Source of the DNA: an uncultured virus (IMG/VR IMGVR_UViG_3300029955_000003)
Lineage: Duplodnaviria > Heunggongvirae > Uroviricota > Caudoviricetes
Strand: one strand, 5' to 3'
Virus record (IMG/VR): IMGVR_UViG_3300029955_000003
DNA: 64,000 nt
A program made the position numbers and the translations under genes. Within the stretch, counting starts at the first letter, position 1, and every line of letters begins with the position of its first letter. Shown here piece after piece: positions 18,417-26,743 of the stretch. Below the pieces are notes generated by a model. The model did not search any database, was not told the origin of the DNA, and saw nothing but the letters and a program-made list of their open reading frames with translations.

Positions 18417-19310
18417 TCAGTTAACCCATTCCCAGTTTTCACTTTCAGCTTCTTGCCTACGTTCGTGGAACGTGGGCGTTTTGTTAGTGCTTCCGGTGCT
18501 TCCGGTGGCGTCGTCTGTTTTTTTTTGAGTCGTCCCGCCAGAACCACCCGTCCATTCACTGAGATGGCTGGTATGGTTACTACCACCGCCTTGATATCCA
18601 CCGCTGTATGGAGCGCCGCCTTGATAAGAATAAGACTTTTTCGTCACCAACGCCTCAATCTGCGAAGCAAAGTCTCTGCCCGTGGTATGGCTAAGGATGG
18701 ACCACGGAACATCAACAGCCACAAGGAACCGGCTGTAATAATAGATATCAATTTTCATATCGCCTTTCTTGTTGGCGATAAGACGGACCATGTAAGGCAT
18801 GTCGGTAGTCACGACATTATTACAAAACTCCTGCATCGTTCTATCATCAGTGCCGGAAGGACTCACTCCCATGTTGACGTGAGAGTGACCCCAACAACGA
18901 ATCCGGTTAAGGATATCCGAAGCCTTTTCGATATCGCCATCGGGCGGGTCCATGAGCATGTTCGAATAAAATTCGGCAAGCCCGTGTTCGTCCAATTCCG
19001 TAGTGGTGCCGGAAACTTCCTGCTTGAACAGGAAGACATCTTCGATGGTAAGGCTTCCGTCGCCTTCCTTAATCGTGGCGAGCCAAGAAATTTCGTCCTT
19101 ACAAAGGCGCACATATTCCGCCATGGCTTCCGCCGCAACGGGAGTCACATAGATATGTTCGAAGAACTTCTTTTCGTTCGGGTTGTTCGCAATAATATAC
19201 CCGATTTTCTTGGTGCGATCCGGGATAAATTGAACCGGTTTTTCCGTCCTGTCCAACACCGCATTATATTTATAAACAGTCGTAGTGGGTTTAGGTAGAG
19301 CCTGAGTCAT
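18417..19310 (-). CDS. JAB/JAMM (MPN+) metalloprotease, Ubl maturase/deubiquitinase
   Basis: Glu in 'DEISWL' plus 'WGHSHVNMGVSPSGTD' form the ExnHxHx7Sx2D JAMM motif; low-complexity C-terminal tail. Confidence 0.85.
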   Translation of the reverse strand: MTQALPKPTTTVYKYNAVLDRTEKPVQFIPDRTKKIGYIIANNPNEKKFFEHIYVTPVAAEAMAEYVRLCKDEISWLATIKEGDGSLTIEDVFLFKQEVSGTTTELDEHGLAEFYSNMLMDPPDGDIEKASDILNRIRCWGHSHVNMGVSPSGTDDRTMQEFCNNVVTTDMPYMVRLIANKKGDMKIDIYYYSRFLVAVDVPWSILSHTTGRDFASQIEALVTKKSYSYQGGAPYSGGYQGGGSNHTSHLSEWTGGSGGTTQKKTDDATGSTGSTNKTPTFHERRQEAESENWEWVN

Positions 19311-19341
19311 TATGATAGTTCCCTCTTATATAAGTTTTAAA

Positions 19342-20883
19342 TTACGCGGTGGCGCGGGTGGCGACGATGGGTTCAACAGTTTCAGCCTTTTCCTTGCGGT
19401 ACTTCTTATGAACACCGTTCGGAGCATAGTCGGGCGGCATTTTCCACGAGGCGTTCTGGAACGCGCGCAAGCGCTCCGTGCCAGCCTTGTCAAGAATAGT
19501 GCCGTCCTTGTCCACGACCGGGAAGGACTCGATGTAGTGCCCCCACGCGTCGCTGTAGTTGACGCTCTGCAAGAAGATAATGGCGATCTGGATAAGAGCG
19601 GCAATATCAACAGCAGCAATGAGGGGCGGCAACATTTCCTGCATGTTACCCACACAGAGTTTGCCGTTGCCGTCCACATGCGGCGCGTGGTGGTCTTCAT
19701 AACCCCGACGAGTCAGGTTTTGCATAAGGAAGGTTTCCTGCGGGGATTTATTAAGAGTAATAGTAATCTTAAAATCACCAAGCACGTGGCGCGTCTTATG
19801 TTTCTCATTCTCGACATAGAGCGTTTCAGTAAAGACAAAAATCTTGGTTTTGTCCCGCGAAACCGCAATATTCTTAATGCCCTTCATGGCAACGATTTGT
19901 GCAACCTCTCTTCCAAGATTTTCATCATTCGGAATAAGCAACGATTCGCCCATTTCAATAGCCGTCAATTCCGCCGACGATTCCGCGTGAAGGCGCAACG
20001 ATTTGGTCAGCGAGTCGCTGTAGGTGCGAGCATTGCTTTGTGCGCGTTGGCTTTGGTCGCGCAAATGACGCTTCCGGTTTTCCAACACCCCGCTCTTAGT
20101 GGAACGAAGGAACGCGATGTCAATCCCCGGCATATTCGCATTGGCGCTACGCGCCGTCTTCCGCAGGATATGAGCCAAGATCGCAGCATGAGCCGGAAAC
20201 TCGTCCTTACAGAAGAAGGGGAAAAGCACCACAAGGTCTTTGCCTCTGAAAAGCTGCGCAATCGTGACGCCGCCTTCCGTAATATTAAAATCAGCGCCGG
20301 GAGCCGGGGCGAACCCTTTAAAATTAAAAGGAAGTTCGATGCCGAAAAGCGAAGTCGGCGCGGTAACCGTAGGAGTGCGGATACCATCATCCGCCTGACC
20401 CGTAGGCAGATACCGAACGTTGATCATCATATTGAAAAAGGCGGGACGGAAAGTGCGATCATCCGAGCGAGTCAGGCGACCATTACACGTACCGATCACC
20501 AAATCTTTTTCAAAGATTTCGCGCATATTTTGAGTGACAAACTCTTGAGCGACAGAGTTATAAGCGGGATCATCACCAGCGGCGAAAATGTTCTTAAGTT
20601 CAAAGTCGGTTCGCGGCAGACGGATTTCATTATCGTGCAACTTGAAATGCTGCACATTGGCTTCTGGCGTCATCGGCAGTTCGGAAGCATTATAATCATA
20701 CTGATTGACTGCGCTCATAAATTTGATGTCAAGCTCGTCAAGGAACCAACCATCGTGTTCCTGTCCATCAGCGAGAATGAACGCGGGCATGAATGCGAAG
20801 TGCAGCCCGTAGCGAGTGAAAAAATCTTCGATCTGTTCACGGTTATGAGAGCGGTGAAAAGATTTCTGTGACAAAAAAAGCAT
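19342..20883 (-). CDS. Large protein with coiled coil and C-terminal prokaryotic E2 (UBC-like) domain
   Basis: 'GDFKITITL...HHAPHVDGNGKLCVGN...IAIIFLQSVN' mirrors the E2 HPN(I/V)xxxGxICL catalytic motif; sits next to JAB, E1 and Ubl genes. Confidence 0.7.
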   Translation of the reverse strand: MLFLSQKSFHRSHNREQIEDFFTRYGLHFAFMPAFILADGQEHDGWFLDELDIKFMSAVNQYDYNASELPMTPEANVQHFKLHDNEIRLPRTDFELKNIFAAGDDPAYNSVAQEFVTQNMREIFEKDLVIGTCNGRLTRSDDRTFRPAFFNMMINVRYLPTGQADDGIRTPTVTAPTSLFGIELPFNFKGFAPAPGADFNITEGGVTIAQLFRGKDLVVLFPFFCKDEFPAHAAILAHILRKTARSANANMPGIDIAFLRSTKSGVLENRKRHLRDQSQRAQSNARTYSDSLTKSLRLHAESSAELTAIEMGESLLIPNDENLGREVAQIVAMKGIKNIAVSRDKTKIFVFTETLYVENEKHKTRHVLGDFKITITLNKSPQETFLMQNLTRRGYEDHHAPHVDGNGKLCVGNMQEMLPPLIAAVDIAALIQIAIIFLQSVNYSDAWGHYIESFPVVDKDGTILDKAGTERLRAFQNASWKMPPDYAPNGVHKKYRKEKAETVEPIVATRATA

Positions 20884-20932
20884 TGATATATTTCCCTATC
20901 TGTTTCAACACGTTCGGTGTGTCTGATGCTCT

Positions 20933-20961
20933 CTTTTACCGCACCCTTTTGTTAAAAGCAA
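20933..20961 (-). promoter_or_regulatory. Putative sigma70-type promoter of the E2-JAB transcript
   Basis: TTGCTT-N17-TAAAAG, followed by the ACACCGAACG motif also seen in the 18.1-18.3 kb repeats. Confidence 0.45.
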
Positions 20962-21127
20962 CTATCAGTTTTGATAAAAAAGTTATAACCGGAAACCTGA
21001 TGTACGGATCACTTTTTATGCTTTATTAAATTATAACTTAAGTGCGGTATCGGTAATTGATTTTAAGAGGGACGCCCTTATATCATTAGCACACGCCGCC
21101 TTCTTAGTAATAAATATATCACATTTA

Positions 21128-21841
21128 ATGATTGACGGATGTCTCCTTTATCTATATAAGCTAACGCGTATGCAACCTGTAACAAATCCACACACCGGGT
21201 TTTTCGGTACCCACACTATCGATGAAAAGATTTTTGAAGATCAGGCGCTGACGATTCCGCGCCTTGCGAAGCTGCGCACGTTAGAGCTTAACGCGGATTT
21301 TCAACCATTGTCTTATTACCCAGTGAGCAGCTTGCCGTGGACAAAAGTCGTCTTTTTCCTAGCGAAGGGGTGGGCGCGGGAAGAAGATGGGAAACCACCT
21401 ATTATCACCGTGCTAGAAGAATATGATGAGTATGTAAATTATCCTAGCGGTAGAATAAAATTACCTGCGGTGATTGCACATACTCGCATGATTCCTTTAC
21501 CAAAAAAGGTCCCGTTCACTAGAAAAAATGTGTATCTGCGAGATGATTTCACATGTATGTACAGTGGTAAGAAATTACCACCTATTGAATTAACCTTCGA
21601 TCACGTGCTTCCTGCATCGCGCGGGGGAAAAACGACTTGGGATAATATTGTTACCTGTTCCAAAGACATAAATGGATTTAAGGCAAACCGCACTCCTAAA
21701 GAAGCTGGATTACGGTTAATTAAAAAACCTTATATTCCTGATGTTTATGAAATCAGGGAAAAGTCAAAAAAACACCCCCCTGCCATACTCTGTAAAGAAT
21801 GGGAAGATTATCTTTATTGGGGAGCAGAATTAGAAGAATAA
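21128..21841 (+). CDS. HNH endonuclease (McrA-like)
   Basis: 'LELNADFQPLSYYP...FTRKNVYLRDDFTCMYSG...LTFDHVLPASRGGKTTWDNIV...N..KANRTP'. Start could be 21170. Confidence 0.85.
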   Translation: MIDGCLLYLYKLTRMQPVTNPHTGFFGTHTIDEKIFEDQALTIPRLAKLRTLELNADFQPLSYYPVSSLPWTKVVFFLAKGWAREEDGKPPIITVLEEYDEYVNYPSGRIKLPAVIAHTRMIPLPKKVPFTRKNVYLRDDFTCMYSGKKLPPIELTFDHVLPASRGGKTTWDNIVTCSKDINGFKANRTPKEAGLRLIKKPYIPDVYEIREKSKKHPPAILCKEWEDYLYWGAELEE

Positions 21842-21877
21842 AATAAGGGGATGAATCGTATGATTCATCCCCTTATT
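21842..21877 (+). terminator. Hairpin/terminator
   Basis: 16-bp perfect inverted repeat directly after the HNH stop. Confidence 0.65.
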
Positions 21878-21895
21878 ACATTATAAATATATTTT

Positions 21896-22237
21896 ATGAC
21901 TAGACGTGTACACACTATGGGCGACCAAAATAATGGACAAGGTGTTATTAACGTTGTTCATCAATCAAAAGTTTTTTCAGAAAGTAAACTGGTTAGTACC
22001 AGTGGTGACTTCGGCACAACACATGACGCGGGCGGTCTTGACGGCGGTTGGGCTGAACTAGGTCTTCCCGGTCTTCCTCCTGCGGCTGACGCCGCCCATG
22101 ACCAAAATATATGGACTACCATTGGCAATGCCGGTTCCAAAGTTTTTATCGGGGGGAAACCGGTGGTTGCAGAAGGCGACACGGATTCGTGTTTGCACGT
22201 TCGTATCGGCGGTTCATCAAAATTATTTATAGGGTAA
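21896..22237 (+). CDS. PAAR-like spike tip protein (T4 gp5.4-like)
   Basis: 'GSKVFIGGKPVVAEGDTDSCLHVRIGGSSKLFIG'; TATAAATA late promoter upstream. Confidence 0.75.
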   Translation: MTRRVHTMGDQNNGQGVINVVHQSKVFSESKLVSTSGDFGTTHDAGGLDGGWAELGLPGLPPAADAAHDQNIWTTIGNAGSKVFIGGKPVVAEGDTDSCLHVRIGGSSKLFIG

Positions 22238-22246
22238 ATTATTCAT

Positions 22247-23431
22247 ATGACTGACGCACTACAAATTCCTACTTTACCAACAAATTTAACAACAGCCGGT
22301 GCTGCGACAATTAGTAATTTAATGAGTTCTGGTGCTGCTCTTTTCACAAATCCAGTGGCTAGCTCTATCACGAGCGCGACCGCACAAATACCAAATTTAT
22401 CATCTTCTTTAACTTCATTATCCAGTAATGTTTCATCCCTCTTAGGATCAAATGGTGCAAGTTTGGTTTCCCAATTAGGCTCACTAGGAAGTTCATTATC
22501 TTCAATGGGTTCAAGTATGGGATCATTGTTAGATCATACCAATTCCTTAATATCAGGAGGTGGTTCCTCAATATTATCCGGGGGACTGATGAACAATTTA
22601 CAACAAATGTTAAGTGGAACAGGAATTAAAAATTTCTTATATGGTTTCAATGCCTTACCTGTACCAGCAGGGTGTACTAATCTAAGTCAATTTTTTGGCT
22701 CTCTATTGGGGGCGGGTGCGTCGTTGGTAAGTGGAGCAACATCCCAAATGGGGGCAATAGGGTCACTAATAAGCGGCGCACAGTCATTAATAAGTAAAGG
22801 AGCCAGCGCGCTCACTGCCGGTATAAGTGGGTTAATGTCACAGGCTACCGCTGCTATGAGTGGTATGTCGTCTGTAGCAAGTCAAATAACAAGTAAAATT
22901 ACATCTGAGTTGGGGGCATTTGCCTCCTTATTGAACACCGCTATGAATTTCATAATTGCGCATAACGTTGCTAATAATTTTTTAAACGCATGTTCGCTTC
23001 CTTTAATGAGTGCCGTTGGTACTCCTGCATTACAAAATGCTTTAGCAAATATTTTCGTAGATAGCAATCCGCCAGCTACAACTACCGTGCCACCAGTTTC
23101 TGGCGTATCATATAATACCCAAGGAGTTCAAACAACTCCTACAACTACGGCTATTCAAAATCTATTACAAGCCTCACTAGTGCCTGATTCAAGTACTGGT
23201 AGTAAAGCGCCACCATTGAATGTAGCAACAACGGCAGCATTAGGTCCGGTTGTTGGTTTTGATTCGCCACAACTCATAAAAGTACCATTAACAAATGAAC
23301 AACCATTTGTTGATACACAAACTTCCATAAGCGGGGCTGTCCCCGGCTCTGTTGTTGGTGGTCAAACCACTCAACCAACCCAAACCGGAGAAAGTCGCAC
23401 CCCAGATAATTCCATCAGCGGACGGTGTTAA
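22247..23431 (+). CDS. Hypothetical Ser/Gly/Ala-rich helical protein, probably virion-associated
   Basis: 394 aa with amphipathic S/G/L repeats; co-transcribed with the PAAR-like gene. Confidence 0.5.
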   Translation: MTDALQIPTLPTNLTTAGAATISNLMSSGAALFTNPVASSITSATAQIPNLSSSLTSLSSNVSSLLGSNGASLVSQLGSLGSSLSSMGSSMGSLLDHTNSLISGGGSSILSGGLMNNLQQMLSGTGIKNFLYGFNALPVPAGCTNLSQFFGSLLGAGASLVSGATSQMGAIGSLISGAQSLISKGASALTAGISGLMSQATAAMSGMSSVASQITSKITSELGAFASLLNTAMNFIIAHNVANNFLNACSLPLMSAVGTPALQNALANIFVDSNPPATTTVPPVSGVSYNTQGVQTTPTTTAIQNLLQASLVPDSSTGSKAPPLNVATTAALGPVVGFDSPQLIKVPLTNEQPFVDTQTSISGAVPGSVVGGQTTQPTQTGESRTPDNSISGRC

Positions 23432-24825
23432 TCCGCTGATACTTCTACATAAATTGTTTTCCCAAAATCGGCTTTTTTGGGGAAATTTTCTTCATCCGCG
23501 CCTTCATTAACACCAAATAAAAATAACGTTGGGCAATATTTAGAATCTCCATATCCTTGACACGGGTAACCATCTGATAATACAAGGAATGCCTTAGGAT
23601 GTATATTCTTTGCTTTCATGAATTGCCAATTAGATTCAAATACTGTTCCCCCACCACCAACATAGTTTTCGAAAAATGGTTTAACTATGGTAGCAATATT
23701 TTTATTAGAAGTTTTCGTTAATATATGATGAGATACTTCATGTACATGTCCATCAAAACACCACACGTGAATTTTAAATTTCGGCACTATACTTAAAATT
23801 CCCATGAATTCAGATAAGAATGTTTCACTAAATTTCTTTGACACTGACCCGGAGGTATCAAATGCCAGCGCCAATTCCAAGCATTTATCGCGGCGGCGGA
23901 ATCCCGGTAAGGTAAATCCAGAATTAAACAACGCTTTGTTAGGGGATGAAAAGGAATAACCCGTACTACTGACCGTAAAAATAAATCTCTTGAGGGCAGT
24001 GCGCCAATCAATTTTTGGTTGACTTAACTTTTCAAAATATCTAAGAACATCGCCGGGAATGGCGCTCGCACCATTATTTTTAATATAACCTTTTTTCTCC
24101 GCTTCGTACTGAGCATTTACCGCACGTTTAATCAAATCACCCATTTCAGAATTTTCAGTATCTATAACGTCGCCAGATTTAACAACAGTTATTGATCCGT
24201 CACTATTCTTTATAATAGTGACATCATCTGTTTTATGAATCACTTCCCCTTTGTCTGAACCGGGTTGTTTAGAAGAAACTCCGATATGAACATCAAATGG
24301 ATTACCGTTCTGGTATTTTGGGTCTTTTTCAATAATATCGTATACCTCTTCAGTATACATCTTATCAAATTTTTTATCATACAATATTTTAATTGTGGTA
24401 ATAAATTCTCCAATATCAGCATCTTTTAGTTCTTGATTAATACAATAATCCCCAGCTTTATTAAATAATTTCGGGTCCCTATCACCAAGACGGTTATTCT
24501 TTCCAACATGGGCATCGAGACAATGACGTATTTCATGCGCAACAGCGAATGTAACCTCGCCAATTCTCAAAGAGTTGACAAATTTAGCATTATAAATGAT
24601 ATGTCGCCCATCGGTGCCTAATGTTGGCACTAAGTTAATGTCTCCTATAGGAGTTTTAAACCCTATCTCTTCGACCAATACTAAATCACACGCAATGACT
24701 CCCCAAAAGGGAAAAGTTGTCATCAACTCAACCTTAGCACTTATTAATTTTTTATATGCTTCCTCGTCATAATAAGTATCCCTATTATATCTTTTTACTA
24801 AAGGATGATCGTCGAAATCACTCAT
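23428..24825 (-). CDS. DUF2201-type metallopeptidase + VWA domain protein
   Basis: 'GTDGRHIIYN', HExxH (HEIRH), 'FDTSGSV' MIDAS, 'GGGGTVF', 'SDGY'. Confidence 0.85.
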   Translation of the reverse strand: MSDFDDHPLVKRYNRDTYYDEEAYKKLISAKVELMTTFPFWGVIACDLVLVEEIGFKTPIGDINLVPTLGTDGRHIIYNAKFVNSLRIGEVTFAVAHEIRHCLDAHVGKNNRLGDRDPKLFNKAGDYCINQELKDADIGEFITTIKILYDKKFDKMYTEEVYDIIEKDPKYQNGNPFDVHIGVSSKQPGSDKGEVIHKTDDVTIIKNSDGSITVVKSGDVIDTENSEMGDLIKRAVNAQYEAEKKGYIKNNGASAIPGDVLRYFEKLSQPKIDWRTALKRFIFTVSSTGYSFSSPNKALFNSGFTLPGFRRRDKCLELALAFDTSGSVSKKFSETFLSEFMGILSIVPKFKIHVWCFDGHVHEVSHHILTKTSNKNIATIVKPFFENYVGGGGTVFESNWQFMKAKNIHPKAFLVLSDGYPCQGYGDSKYCPTLFLFGVNEGADEENFPKKADFGKTIYVEVSAD

Positions 24826-24826
24826 A

Positions 24827-26281
24827 TTATCGTGCCTTTACCGCCCTCGCGAAAACAAGCCCATATCGATCAGTGAACCGGTCAAATTCTGGAGGATTTG
24901 CTTGATTAAAAGTTGCCGCTCTTATTTCATAAACTACCGTGACTAGATATAGAAAAAAACTTGCGATATCGCCTTCCAAACCATGATTTATAAAATAAAT
25001 CACATTGGCAGCAGTATCATTCCATTCTTTACATTGTCCTTTAGCGCCCTTGGTTTTATCATAATATTTGTCATACCTATCTTTGAGTTTTTGCCCAAGC
25101 GCAACAACAAATCCCCACATGTGACTCTTTCTTACTTTTTCATCAATTTCTATGATTTTACCATCTAAAACATCATCGGTATCAGGAAGTAAATCGTGGG
25201 TGTCTAAGTATGCCTTAAATTCAGTAGCTCCTATCCTTCCAATAAATCCTGTAGCAACCGCGTTAACACAATTATCAGGCAGACTACGCAATCCTTCGCC
25301 TTTTTTACCTGACATCAACTGTGCCGAGAAAGACGCCCAAGAGCGAGGGGTTCGGAACCCGTATTCTTCATTAGTGATAGTTTCTGGATTAAAGTCCATA
25401 AGAGCGCTTTTACCACGCCATTTTATATAACCCCATATAGCAGGAGAGATTCCAGCATACATAGCCCAAGCCAACCAATCCTCAAGGTCTTCGACTAAAG
25501 TGAAATGACCGAAGCGGTTTGCTAATGGTAACGACATTCCTTGAACAAACGCGCCATCACCTTCACCGTTACCAGCACCGATCATAGGAACATTATAAGG
25601 AACTTCATATTCATTGATGCGTTTATCTAACACTAATTGAAGCGCTGCGTTTTGCGTAGCGGGATCAGCGGCGCTCAATTCATCCAAGAATATCACAGCT
25701 TTATCAGCTATGACAACTCTATAGGTTTTGTGTTCAGGTAATTCGTTTTTCACTAATACCGAGACTACCCATTCCTCACCATTATATTCCCAATGCACAT
25801 TAGCTGAAAATTCAGCCGTGTCAAAATTCGGCACGTCTCCATCATTTTCGGAAAAAACCAATTCATTGGCTTCGTTGTACACCAAGATTTGTAAATCTTC
25901 TGCATATTTCCAAGGTAATTTAATTTCATGTTTGATATTATTCGCATTAACCAATACAGTACGCATTTGCGGCAAGTATGATGAGGGCACCCATTTTACG
26001 GTACCATCGGGAAATCTTATCGGAATGCCTTTAATATCAACCGGGTCAAATTGAGGCAAATGTAATGCAACCAACCGTCTACCACGTGCGGCTGCATACG
26101 TTTTAACAATATCCGTTTTTCCAATGCCGGGCTTACCCCAAATCATTACGGCGGCGCTTTTTTTAAACTTCCGATCCGCTTTATCGTATGGGGAGCAAAT
26201 ATAATCAATAATTTGTAATAATTCAGAAGGAGAAACTGTAGTTTTTGATTGTTCTTTCTCAGTGGGAGTCTTTTTTACCAT
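24827..26281 (-). CDS. MoxR-like AAA+ ATPase
   Basis: Walker A GKPGIGKT, Walker B IFLDE, 'AGN', 'LANRF', 'TPRSW'; paired with the VWA gene. Confidence 0.9.
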   Translation of the reverse strand: MVKKTPTEKEQSKTTVSPSELLQIIDYICSPYDKADRKFKKSAAVMIWGKPGIGKTDIVKTYAAARGRRLVALHLPQFDPVDIKGIPIRFPDGTVKWVPSSYLPQMRTVLVNANNIKHEIKLPWKYAEDLQILVYNEANELVFSENDGDVPNFDTAEFSANVHWEYNGEEWVVSVLVKNELPEHKTYRVVIADKAVIFLDELSAADPATQNAALQLVLDKRINEYEVPYNVPMIGAGNGEGDGAFVQGMSLPLANRFGHFTLVEDLEDWLAWAMYAGISPAIWGYIKWRGKSALMDFNPETITNEEYGFRTPRSWASFSAQLMSGKKGEGLRSLPDNCVNAVATGFIGRIGATEFKAYLDTHDLLPDTDDVLDGKIIEIDEKVRKSHMWGFVVALGQKLKDRYDKYYDKTKGAKGQCKEWNDTAANVIYFINHGLEGDIASFFLYLVTVVYEIRAATFNQANPPEFDRFTDRYGLVFARAVKAR

Positions 26282-26387
26282 TGTGATCCTCTATTAAAAA
26301 TAGAGTATCACGCTTTATATAACTAAGTCAACTACCATTATTCCATAACCATCTTTTTTTACCACAATCCCAAATACATAATCTCTT

Positions 26388-26690
26388 TTAAGTAAATTGT
26401 TCGAGCATGTTAGACATTTCTTTTTGTTTCTTATCTTTGAAATTTTTATATTCTTTTTCAACCAAGACTTCTATAAAATGTGCAATTTTTACACCATAAC
26501 TATCTGTCATTTCATCTAACTGTTTTTTAGTATCTGAAGAGATGCGGCAATACAAATGCTTACGGTTATCATTAACCAAAAGATTGTATGCCGCATCAAT
26601 GCTCAGATCACCTATTACAGTTTTCCAGTCTTCGCCATGATGTTGTTCTATAGCCTTAATCTTTCTTTCTGTTGCATATGAGTACGCCAT
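26388..26690 (-). CDS. Putative ribbon-helix-helix DNA-binding protein
   Basis: 'KHLYCRISSDTKKQLDEMTDSYGVKIAHFIEVLV' fits the RHH pattern. Confidence 0.5.
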   Translation of the reverse strand: MAYSYATERKIKAIEQHHGEDWKTVIGDLSIDAAYNLLVNDNRKHLYCRISSDTKKQLDEMTDSYGVKIAHFIEVLVEKEYKNFKDKKQKEMSNMLEQFT

Positions 26691-26743
26691 TTAAATTCCT
26701 TTTTATTTTAATTTATATATATTTATATAAATTAAAACCCGGT

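Noticed and set aside
17506..19298. 198 aa and 281 aa plus-strand ORFs
   Set aside because: Antisense shadows of the E1 and JAB genes.
19312..20871. 519 aa plus-strand ORF opposite the E2 gene
   Set aside because: Antisense shadow caused by codon bias; no motifs, and the minus strand carries the E2 motif and operon context.
25700..25970. Intein in the MoxR ATPase
   Set aside because: No N-terminal C/S and no C-terminal HN-C/S/T splice motifs.
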